A stretch of DNA of 63,964 bases, the filler included, from Octopus bimaculoides (taxonomy: Eukaryota), in assembly GCF_001194135.2 (NCBI RefSeq). It is 4 parts of 4 records of this genome, joined end to end, with 100 filler letters (N's around TTAATTAATTAA, not from the genome) between each part and the next. Parts side by side here need not be neighbours in the genome. Positions count along the whole stretch, not along the records: positions 1 to 27,207 come from NC_068981.1; 3 more parts are not named here. The stretch is one strand, 5' to 3'. This document shows positions 1-10,870 of the stretch, in pieces. The position numbers and the translations under genes are program-made. The notes beneath the pieces were generated by a model. That model was not told the DNA's origin. It made no database searches and saw only the letters and a list, made by a program, of their open reading frames with translations. Numbering within the stretch: position 1 is the stretch's first letter; every line of letters starts with the position of its first letter.

Positions 1-877
1 TATATATATATGTATATACATAGATATGTATATGTATATATATATCTGTCTGGGAGATACTTATGGTAGCGGAAGAGGTATTTTAACTTCTATTTCTAAA
101 TTCGGTGAGTGGCGAAGCAATTAGCTGACCTCTGATTATAATTATGTTTATAGTTATAGAATATTTGTATAATTTTACCTAAAAAAGTAATTTTAACATA
201 CCGAATTACTTGGTAAAATTAATTATTAATGATATATGAGCATATGCATGTACACATACATATATGTACATACCTACATCTTCATGTATATATAGATGCA
301 GGACGTCATAAAAGGAACGGGAATATAAATAAAGCACAAAAAACGGACTTTTTTTACAGACAACAGAATGAACACATGGGAAAACAGACGAGCCACTTAT
401 GGAACCTTTCCTTCATCAGCTGCCGCTATTCTAAACTGGGCGCTTCATATATTTGTCCAGAATCACGCCGGACGCGGAGAAGGAGAGAAAATAGTAATTC
501 AGTGAAGGAGAAGTAGTGAGTGTAATAGCCCTGACATTGAGGGAGTGAGAGAAAGTAATAGCAATGAGAGAAAGGAAGGGGTGATAGATGAATAAGGAAG
601 GAAGGAGTGAAAAACAAATCAGCGTTTCAACTTTGTGTGAGCATATGTGTGTATACATGGGAAGCATGTACCTTATTTTGTACCTTATTTATATATAAAA
701 TACTACAATTAGCCGTCATTATTGGCGGTAAGTGGTCAGCTAGTAATTAAGTAAATCATCACATAAGATAAAACTGTGATTTATGCCTATATTACACACT
801 TTGTAAGTGAATATAGAACGTTATACAAAAAACCTTAGTTAGGTCCTTTTATGTCATTTTTAATCAGATGCCAGTAT

Positions 878-1092
878 TGGTTTCAAGTTTTGGCACAAGG
901 CCAGCAGTTTGTGGGGAGAGATCAGTTGATTACATCGACCCCAGTGTTCAACTGCTGCTTATTTTATTGACTCCGAAAGGATGAAAAGCTAAGTCGATAC
1001 CAGCAGAATTTGAAGTTAGAACGTAAAGATGGACGAAATGCCGCTAAGCATTTTGCCCTGCATGATGACGATTTTGACAGCTTGCAACCTTA
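878..1092 (-). mobile_element. tRNA-derived SINE, family B, degenerate near-full copy
   Basis: Reverse complement matches the family-B body (gcagaatcgttagc...gagttcaaattc...gtcgactttgcctttcatcc...ccttgtgccaaaatttgaaacc) seen in many copies in this window. Confidence 0.85.
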
Positions 1093-1128
1093 AAAAAATT
1101 ATCCACTTCTGCCATATGATATTTTTTA

Positions 1129-1278
1129 AGGTGGTGAACTGGCAGAATCGTTAGCACGTAGGGCAAAGTGCTTAGTGACATGTCGTCCGTCTTTACATTT
1201 TGAGTTTAAATTCTGCCGAGGTCGACAATATAATCGATTGATACTTCTTCCAAAACTACTGGCCTTGTGTCAAAATTT
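1129..1278 (+). mobile_element. SINE family B, internally deleted copy, back-to-back with the preceding copy
   Basis: ggtggtgaactggcagaatcgttagc head, B-box-like gagtttaaattc, tail ggccttgtgtcaaaatttgaaaac. Confidence 0.85.
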
Positions 1279-1798
1279 GAAAACAGCATTACAAGCTATT
1301 GTATTATGTCTTTCAGTAAATACTCCTGTAACACAATCAGACTGCTTGTTCTACTGTGACATTTTTCACTGAAGTAATTATTTTATGTTCTGAAGTCAAA
1401 ACTTTCCTGTCGTCGTTGTTGTTTAGTCCCAATTCTGCCGTGATTCGGCAAGCTTATAACGAAAGGTGTTCCAACCATGGCCGACCCTTTTTTTTTTTCT
1501 GCAGAAATTGTGTACCAGAGATTACATTGCTTTGTGTATTAAAATTCATATGGTTGTTATTACAACTATGTCAAGCAATAAAGCGGACATTTCTCATCAG
1601 CTCAAAATATAACATGTTGTAACAGGAACTATCATCCTGGTACGTATCTAAGTTGCAGATTCCGTAATGTGACGTGACCAGCTGAGTATTTCATACATCT
1701 TCAGTAATATTACACATGCTGGAAAGATTCCAGGAATTTGACGTGCTATAAATATGTCACAAACGCGTGATTCACATACACTCAAATACAGATGAACA

Positions 1799-1807
1799 GA
1801 TAGATAA

Positions 1808-1873
<66 letters not shown>
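1799..1873. repeat. (GATA)n microsatellite
   Basis: Direct inspection. Confidence 0.95.
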
Positions 1874-2150
<277 letters not shown>

Positions 2151-2374
2151 TTGAAATATTTGTGTATCGCAATGCACTCCTTGTGTCTTCTACCTATTTG
2201 TAAAAATATTTGTAAGAAGTTTCGAATTTATGTTGGCACTGGAAGGGTGCTACACAATGCCTTACATCAATGCTTAAAGAAACGAAATTATCAGAACAAG
2301 AAAGCATCCGAACATAAAACACTCTTTTATTCTGGTATGTACAAAATGTACAGCTCGGGACAATCAGTAACCAT

Positions 2375-2528
2375 GTCTGGTGTAAAGGTAACAAATCTGG
2401 AGTTAACCATTCTTAGGTCTGGTATAAAAGCAGCATAGTTGGGAGTTAATCACTCCTATGAAGTCGATATTACAACTTGGAACATTTAGAAAACAGGTCT
2501 GGTATTGAAGCAGCAAAGCTGGAGTTAA
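2375..2528 (+). repeat. Three degenerate ~32-bp direct repeats (gtctggt...ggagttaa)
   Basis: Units start at 2375, 2417 and 2497 (spacings 42 and 80). Confidence 0.7.
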
Positions 2529-2619
2529 TTAGACTTTCTGAAAACAACTTCACAGAAACTCCAGTAAGAATCAGAGCTGGTCAAGTTCCAAGCGTCTGGG
2601 ACAGGAGCGTAGGAGAACT

Positions 2620-2995
2620 GCTAATAAAACATGACTGCAAGGTTCAGCGGCTGCATCTCGAGTCAGAGACGCAAGGGTCGCGAGAGAACTTTCTTTCCTG
2701 CCAGTTTTCCGCACATGCGCATGAGGGAACCTCCGTAGGCCTTCCAGAAGATTCCAACCCTGTGCATGCGTGCTGAAGACTCTCAAGATGACGTGACTAC
2801 ATATTCTTCGACCATCTCCTCTCTCTTTCTCTCCCTCTCTCTGTCTTTCCCTCCCTAATACTCTCCTTCATTTCTTTTGTCCCTCTGCCTACCACGATTC
2901 TCTTTCTCTCTCCTCCCACTATCACGTGACCCATGGCTATCTAAGCTCTTCTCATTCTTTTTCCTTCGGCCACCGAATTGGCCAGTCACGCTTCT
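2620..2995. promoter_or_regulatory. Candidate housekeeping-type promoter (CpG-containing island with NRF1-like, TCGCGAGA, CRE-like and E-box motifs)
   Basis: TCGCGAGA 2678-2685; GCACATGCGCA 2711-2721; GCATGCG 2764-2770; TGACGTGA 2789-2796; ATCACGTGAC 2921-2930; no SINE homology. No linked gene identified. Confidence 0.4.
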
Positions 2996-3788
2996 TGGTA
3001 CTGTACTCCGTCACTTTTTCCTCCGCTATTTATTTCTTCCTTCCTTCTGCCCTTCCTGTGTCTTCAGTACTTTCAGATCTTCATTTCTGATAGCCGTAGG
3101 GCTTATTTTTTCCTTTTTTTCTTTTTGTACTTTTTGTTGTATTCATATAATTATTCTAATTGTTTTAGTTTGTCTTGCTTGCTTTCGTTAGTTATTCCCA
3201 ATGGCTATTTTTTTTTTTTTTTTTTTTNNNNNNNNNNNNNNNNNNNNNNNNNNNNNNNNNNNNNNNNNNNNNNNNNNNNNNNNNNNNNNNNNNNNNNNNN
3301 NNNNNNNNNNNNNNNNNNNNNNNNNNNNNNNNNNNNNNNNNNNNNNNNNNNNNNNNNNNNNNNNNNNNNNNNNNNNNNNNNNNNNNNNNNNNNNNNNNNN
3401 NNNNNNNNNNNNNNNNNNNNNNNNNNNNNNNNNNNNNNNNNNNNNNNNNNNNNNNNNNNNNNNNNNNNNNNNNNNNNNNNNNNNNNNNNNNNNNNNNNNN
3501 NNNNNNNNNNNNNNNNNNNNNNNNNNNNNNNNNNNNNNNNNNNNNNNNNNNNNNNNNNNNNNNNNNNNNNNNNNNNNNNNNNNNNNNNNNNNNNNNNNNN
3601 NNNNNNNNNNNNNNNNNNNNNNNNNNNNNNNNNNNNNNNNNNNNNNNNNNNNNNNNNNNNNNNNNNNNNNNNNNNNNNNNNNNNNNNNNNNNNNNNNNNN
3701 NNNNNNNNNNNNNNNNNNNNNNNNNNNNNNNNNNNNNNNNNNNNNNNNNNNNNNNNNNNNNNNNNNNNNNNNNNNNNNNNNNNNNNNN

Positions 3789-3847
<59 letters not shown>

Positions 3848-3867
3848 AAACATGCATACATACAAAA

Positions 3868-3985
3868 CGGACTTTAACACAGTTTCCGTCTACCAAATTC
3901 CCTCACAAGTCATACGTCGGTCCGGGGCAATAGTATAAGACATTTGCACAAAGTGGTACCTAATAGGTCTGAACCCCGAAACTTT
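3868..3985 (-). mobile_element. SINE family A, 5' part
   Basis: tttccgtctaccaaattccctcacaag...ggtcggtccggggcaatagtataagacatttgc. Confidence 0.75.
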
Positions 3986-4324
3986 ATGGTTCAGACTCAT
4001 GCCTGTGCCTAAATAGTGTGTGTCTGTGTGTGTGTCTGCGTCTGTGTGTGAGTATGAATAACAAAATAAGTCCTACATCACCACACACACCTCCCTCCCC
4101 ATACAACTACCATTCCTCCTCCCCACTAAATACAGACAGGAATACCTACATAACTCGCTTAACCTTCATACTGGTAAAAAGGGATAAACATCTCTCTGTT
4201 GTACATCCATTAATGTTATATCGCCTGAAGAAATGAATCCATGAAGATGATCAACCCGATAGCCACGGATACTACGGAGTACACAGTAATCATCCAAGGA
4301 ATACGAAGTGTAATCTTAAGAGTC

Positions 4325-4537
4325 ATGTGGGAGAATTCACAAAAAACAACAGACGAAGACAGGTGGTGTAAAAAACAAATAGATGTATTAGTATAACGCT
4401 CGGGAATTGAGAAAGTCTTTAACGTTTCGAGCCTACGCTCTTCTACAGAAAGGAACATGGACAGAAACAAGAAGAGAAACAAGGAGAGAAAAAAATGTGT
4501 GTAGTGGTCAGCGATCTATCATGGCGAATGCTGGACA
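4325..4537 (-). mobile_element. Penelope-like element (PLE) terminal segment with hammerhead-like motif
   Basis: Close second copy at 39250-39505; contains the CTGTAGAAGAGCGTAGGCTCGAAACGTT motif on the - strand. PLE assignment is by resemblance to PLE termini. Confidence 0.55.
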
Positions 4538-4950
4538 GGCGCAGGAGTGGCTGTGTGGTAAGTAGCTTGCTTACCAACCACATGGTTCTGGGTTCAGTCC
4601 CTCTGCGTGGCACCTTGGGCAACTGTCTTCTACTATAGCCCCGAGCCGACCAAAGCCTTGTGAGTGGATTTGCTAGACGGAAACTGAAAGAAGCCCGTCG
4701 TATATATGTATATGTATATATATATGTGTGTTTGAGTGTGTTTGTGTGTCTGTGTTTGTCTTCCAACATCGCTTAACAACTGATGCTGGTATGTTTACGT
4801 CCCCGTAACTTAACGGTTCGGTAAAAAAAGACCGATAGAATAAGTACTAGGCTTGCAAAGAATAAGTCCTGGAGTCGATTTGCTCGACTAAAGGCGGTGT
4901 TCCAGCATGGCCGCAGTCAAATGACTGAAACAAATAAAAGAGAGTAAAAG
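4538..4950 (+). mobile_element. SINE family A, full length (tRNA-like head, internal TA/TG microsatellite, LINE-shared tail)
   Basis: A-box-like gtggctgtgtggtaag, B-box-like ggttcagtcc, tail ggcggtgttccagcatggccgcagtcaaatgactgaaac. Confidence 0.92.
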
Positions 4951-5561
4951 CGAGTAAGGGCGCTGAAACGACAACGCCCGTACGCTCAAAATAGACCCCA
5001 AATGGTCTACAAACCACTTCAGTTATTATTAGTTATTATTCCATCAACACAAGGCTGTATGCGAGGAAAATTGACAAAAAGGATTTATAAAATATTGTGG
5101 ACAACACTATATCTTAAGATCTCATGGTTTACGCTATTAAAATCGTTTTCCACTCTTCAGTAGTGTAAACCAATCGTAAATAAATGAGAAATTCATATAC
5201 ATACCATGGATATACAGTTGTACAAATACGAGCATATACATGCATTTCACACATATATACGAAGCAAAAACCCGAACGTTCATTTCAACCATGTGGTTGT
5301 TTATTCAGAGTAATTCTGTAGCAAATATGTGTATGTAGTGAATTAATATATATATTTATACATAATTAGGATGAAGTCATTATTTAATGATTTATCAGTG
5401 ACCAGCGTACCAACAAGACCTTAATGGTTTATTTAGATTTAAGTATAATTATAAAACACACACACACACACACACANNNNNNNNNNNNNNNNNNNNNNNN
5501 NNNNNNNNNNNNNNNNNNNNNNNNNNNNNNNNNNNNNNNNNNNNNNNNNNNNNNNNNNNNN

Positions 5562-5595
<34 letters not shown>

Positions 5596-6299
5596 CTCAA
5601 AAATAAAGTATTTCTAAATTTATTCTAAGACATTTTTAGATCTTCCGCTTCACTTACAGATTGAATTCACAAAATACATGTTCGCTGGACTATTGTAATT
5701 TGTTTTAGTCTATTTTATTTTATTTATTGATTTTGTTGTTTTGTTTTTTTCATTCCCCCGGAAATTCCAGTTTTTTAACATTATTATTTAGACACTTTGA
5801 AATATAATATGGTGCATTAATGATTAATGTAATGTGTTTAATGTAAATTTATGATTTAGGGCAGATGTTACAAGTGATTATAAATATTCTCGTTCGCACA
5901 GGATCATGAATCAAATGGGCGCATCCGTTAAGCAGCCACTTTACTCACAAACACCTGTATTAGGCTTGTTATAGTGGTAGTTAAAGAAACCTCAACCGTT
6001 CGTTTGTATGTTCCGACAAAAGTTATGTTGATAGTATAAATATCAATATTATTTTTAACTATATATATATTTGTAGCAGAATAGTCCGCGCTGAAGACGC
6101 CATGGTAATATTATTTTGGCAACAACGTTATGCCGCAGAGAAGGGTAACATTTTGACGACGTTTTTAGGTGGTTAAGAATCACAAGCGTAATATTTTCAA
6201 TGGATATATGACATCATTGGCATTTTCTGCTACATTTTCGGGCTGTTAGTGGTCAGCATGTAATTTGTTACTATCTCTTGCTAGAGTTGCAATACAAGA

Positions 6300-7200
6300 C
6301 CAAGAGTTGCTACATAGGAGATACCTGCTGTGTGAGAGCAGCAGTCCTCTTTGTTAAATTTTCGGGAACCATGCCAATGCAAAACTTTTTATAAGTATGA
6401 AGGCTGTTTCTTCTCCAACTGTTTGTTAAGTTATATTCATCCGACAGTTTTGTAGTTGCATGGGGCATCTTGAAGAACTGAGATCTTGAGGAATTCACTC
6501 CCGACTCACAACGTTTGCTTCACTGTTTAGTATTTCGTTGGTTTCTGTGCCGTTGCTAAAGGTATCACCTAAGTGATATTATATGACACCAAAAGGCTGT
6601 TTGGAATGATTCTACGCCAATTCTTCAGTGTTTTCTTTCAGTTTGGGTTCTTTTTTATGTAGTTTCTTGCGAATTTCTGCAATAGTCCAATAAGCATCAT
6701 AATTATTTGCATCAGTAGTAATTCTACAATCACAATCATAGATATTGTATTGTAAGAGAACAGTTCCTACAGCCGCGCTGTCACCGTTTCTGAAGTTTCT
6801 TTCTTTTTATTGCAGACTGCACAGCTTTCTAAGTTGCTCAGCATATCCAAACACTGCTTTCCTTCTATTTACCAGCTCATCAGTCACTATTTTGTTATGA
6901 TCGCAATGGTCATAAATGAATTAATTGAAACAGCTTGTTGAAGTAAAGTTTATACATAACGTACAAACAACTGATTGCTCTAAATGGATGTTTTCGACCT
7001 TGTCTTCAAGATTTGACTGTTGTACAGCAAATCTGTTTTCTACATCAGTTTCGCTTTTCATAGTACAGAATGCAGAAAGTCGATATCTTGCAAAAGCAAC
7101 CAATTAGTATATTTGTAGAGTGATCATGCAGCTTTCCCACGATTTCATGAAAGCCATGGACTGAGAGGGTACGTGTTTCTTTTTTATTGTTGTCTTTTTA
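6300..7200 (-). pseudogene. Decayed coding-like segment, possibly a DNA-transposase remnant (family unresolved)
   Basis: One - frame runs ~280 codons with only scattered stops (...TDVENRFAVQQSN...FIYDHCDHNKIVTDELVNRRKAVFG...). Confidence 0.3.
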
Positions 7201-7469
7201 AAGTATTACTTCCAGAATGAGTAAGTATTCCTTACTCATATATATATATATATATATATATTCAGCGCAACTTATTGTATATTATAAATCATGATTTCAT
7301 AAATAACTTTACAATATATAAAATTTATTTAATACAGATGTCTATATGCGAAATCATATATTTTTTCCTTTGCTATTTATACATAATTTCATATACTTAT
7401 AATAAATCAAAGTTATTTATTTTGTATATCCAGAGATACACCTAGTTCAATGATTATGATAATCATTAA

Positions 7470-7700
7470 GACGGCCAGTTAGCAGAACCCTTAGTACGCC
7501 GGAGAAAATGTTGAGAGTCATTTCGTTTGTCCTTGTGCCTTGAGCTCAAATTTCGTATGTCTTACGCCCTGAGCTGAAATTTCGCTGACGTCGACTTTGT
7601 CTGTCATCCTTTTGGAATTGATAAAATAAGTATTAGTCAAGTACTGAAGTTGATGTAATTGACTTCCCCATCCCTTTGTACCAAAAATTTAGAAACCATT
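7470..7700 (+). mobile_element. SINE family B, degenerate
   Basis: ggccagttagcagaacccttagtacgccgg...cgtcgactttgtctgtcatcc...aaaaatttagaaaccattact. Confidence 0.8.
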
Positions 7701-7988
7701 ACTATGATAATCATTTATTATTGACATTATGCATTATGGTTGTAATCATCTAATTCACGTTTTAGTCCTGATTGTTTTATTATAGACTTGGCAAGGAGCT
7801 TTTCTTTTTACAAAGATATTATCTTTCTGTCTCTTGTATACAGCATGTAAGAAGAAAACTTGTAGTTAGTTAAGGATCGTTGATATCAGAGTCGCTCGTG
7901 ATCATGGTCTTATGAAGCAAAATTCTAGACGGTGAAGACTCTTTTCTTTTTTACTTTTACAGTACCGTTTGAGATGTTCAGTGAAAGA

Positions 7989-7992
<4 letters not shown>

Positions 7993-8061
<69 letters not shown>
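7993..8061. repeat. (CT)n microsatellite
   Basis: Direct inspection. Confidence 0.95.
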
Positions 8062-8063
<2 letters not shown>

Positions 8064-9064
8064 CTTTCTTTCTAAAAAATATAGTTATGGAACGATGAGT
8101 AGAACGCATTACTCATTTCAGCGTTTCCGAGACAGATAGCATGAAGCAAGGAATTCATCTTCAGACTTGAAGACCTGATCAGAATGTTCCTAACAAAGTG
8201 GACTCTACTAGAAGTACCCAAGACCAGGTAATGGTGTTCAAGTAAGCGACGGATTAAGATTATCCCTTGAAAAAAAAAACAGGAGATAGAGCTGAGGACT
8301 CTTGCTAAACATATTGTGTAGTGGAACCCGGAACTTTATAGTTTCGTAATGAACTTCGTGTATATGACACTGGAAAAATTGTAGAACATTTCCATACAAA
8401 CATTCCTTTATGTCCGTTGTTTGACGACAGTACGCCTGCATGTGTGTGCTTGTGTGTTTATATTCAGACATGCATACATACGTACATACATGCATACACA
8501 TATACATACATATACACATACCTACCTACCTACATACATACATACATACATGTCGGTGTAAGCGTGTGTTTGTGTGTGCGTGTGTATGCGTGTGTGTGTA
8601 TGTGAGTGTGTGTATGTGTTAAACAAGATTGGTACACCATTTCCTTTCCTTCCAATTAATCAAATCGTCTGAGGTCACTGACTTGTCTACGAGGATGCGT
8701 TGCAGTTTATGTTGCTTGTTAATTCTGCTTACGTCATTTCCCTTTATTGAGTGAAACAACAGCCCCTTCCGGTTCATCGGTTCAGACATTGTCATAAGCA
8801 AGTTTTTACCACTTTTCCGTTTTAACGTCACCAAGCATCTCACCTTACGACGCCATCTCCCTTCATTTTTTTTTTAATCCCCCCCTTTTTTTTTTCTTAA
8901 GGACACTAATAAATCTTTGGACAGATCAAACTTACCAAACATTTTATTAGTTTCAAATGATTTTTACCATAAATTTGTTGTTGATGTTGTTGCGCATGTT
9001 TTAATCTCATACCAGCTCTGATCGATCAGATCTCTAAGACATTGAAGGCATGGTTACTCCCTCG

Positions 9065-9184
9065 GTAAGAAGCTTTGGTAGGCCTGAGTCTATAGTAGAA
9101 GGCTCTTGCTCAAGATGTCACGTAGTGGGACCAAACCCGGAACCATGTGGTTGGGAAGCAAGCTTCTTGCCACACAGCCACTCA
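9065..9184 (-). mobile_element. SINE family A head fragment
   Basis: cccggaaccatgtggttgggaagcaagcttcttgccacacagccactc. Confidence 0.85.
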
Positions 9185-9221
9185 CAAGGTTTTGGTTGAC
9201 TATTTTCAAAATAAAAAAAGG

Positions 9222-9499
9222 CACTTTCCTAGTGGTTAGGATGTTGAGCTCATGATCTTAAGCTCGCAGGTTCGATTCTTGGGCCGGACAGCGCGACTCA
9301 GCTGAAAGTGAGAAGCTAGCCCAATATTGAAACAGAGCTCTCTCCCTCCAGTTGTCATTTCCATGTTCCATGATCAAACGTGGCAGATCCAAGGGATTGT
9401 CTATGTCTGTTCGCGACTGCACAGGAACTTAAAACAATTAACGAAAGCACCATACATCTTACGAAGTATCATACATCTTACTAGGTCATACTCGCTGGT
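9222..9499 (+). mobile_element. tRNA-headed SINE (family C-like head), truncated at a telomeric array
   Basis: A-box-like ctagtggttagg, B-box-like ggttcgattc; ends abruptly in GGG(TTAGGG)n. Confidence 0.65.
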
Positions 9500-9553
9500 G
9501 GGTTAGGGTTAGGGTTAGGGTTAGGGTTAGGGTTAGGGTTAGGGTTAGGGTTA
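9500..9553 (+). repeat. Short interstitial telomeric sequence, GGG(TTAGGG)8TTA
   Basis: Eight perfect TTAGGG units at 9503-9550. Confidence 0.95.
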
Positions 9554-9704
9554 CGGCCGTGCTTCATTTTTTTCATTACCAAAAACAATGTATTCTTGCT
9601 AGAAATATAGTCACAAAAGGGTTAAACTCGATACTTGAGATACTTTGCTATTTAGATTTGGAAAATACAAGGAATAATATTCTCTATTATTACTTAGTTC
9701 GCAA

Positions 9705-9901
<197 letters not shown>

Positions 9902-10159
9902 GAGGATTAGCTCAATCATTTTTCGGTTATTTGTTTGTATTTAAAAATTGTCACTTCAAATCGGAGAATATGTATTATTATGATATACAGTTATATATAT
10001 ATATATATAACCTTTATTGAAATCCAATTCGCCTATGATTGAACTGGATGTTAGTTTAACATATATGCAAAGTTTCGTCAAGATTTGTTCTCTGGTACAG
10101 GCAGCAAGATGGTAACAGTCAGATCTACAGACAGAAACTGTCACTTATGTATAAGATAT

Positions 10160-10300
10160 ATATTCTACGGGCTTCTTTCAGTTACCGTCTACCAAATCCA
10201 CCAACAAGGCTTCGATCGCCCTAAGGCGCCACGTAATGGGACTGAACCCGGAATTATGTGGTTGAGAAAAGTGTTTTTATCACACAGTCACACCTGCGCC
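10160..10300 (-). mobile_element. SINE family A 5' half
   Basis: acgggcttctttcagttaccgtctaccaaatccac...gggactgaacccggaattatgtgg. Confidence 0.85.
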
Positions 10301-10703
10301 TATGTTCTTAAAAAAAAACAGTCAACCTGACAGTAACAGCCGTAACGCCTTTGATCACCATCCTACTCAATCGGAGCTAACCCAGGGTTAAACAGCAACA
10401 ATATTGCTGTTCCCATCGTCAAAACACTGTTGTGGTACTGCCAGGCACTGTAAAAAACCCAATGTACAGTTAGACTTGAGGAGTGTTTTGTTTCATTAGT
10501 TTGTAATAGCGATCTCAAATCTCCTTATATATGTCGCTTGTAGAGAAACAGAGTTTCTACCAGGATGTCTACGCATCACGAAGAGGAAATTTTCAAGTAG
10601 TTCTCTTCTCTTCTCTTCTCTCTCCAACTCGACCACTCCTTGCCAAAATTGCTTATATGGCTTTTGAGAAGAAATAACATTTCAGTTCTTCTATGGCAAC
10701 AAT

Positions 10704-10705
10704 TA

Positions 10706-10781
<76 letters not shown>

Positions 10782-10801
10782 GGTGGTGGTGGTGGTGGTG
10801 A

Positions 10802-10856
<55 letters not shown>

Positions 10857-10870
10857 TGCAGCAGCAGCAA
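10704..10870. repeat. Compound trinucleotide array (TAG)n(TGG)n(TAG)n(CAG)n
   Basis: Direct inspection; source of the spurious poly-V/T/Y/H ORFs. Confidence 0.95.

Noticed and set aside
350-520. Possible exon after a ttttttacag acceptor (MNTWENRRATYG...)
   Set aside because: No recognisable domain, no clear donor and no partner exons.
2375-2528. CRISPR-like spaced repeats
   Set aside because: Only three degenerate units with irregular spacing, in a eukaryotic context with no cas genes.
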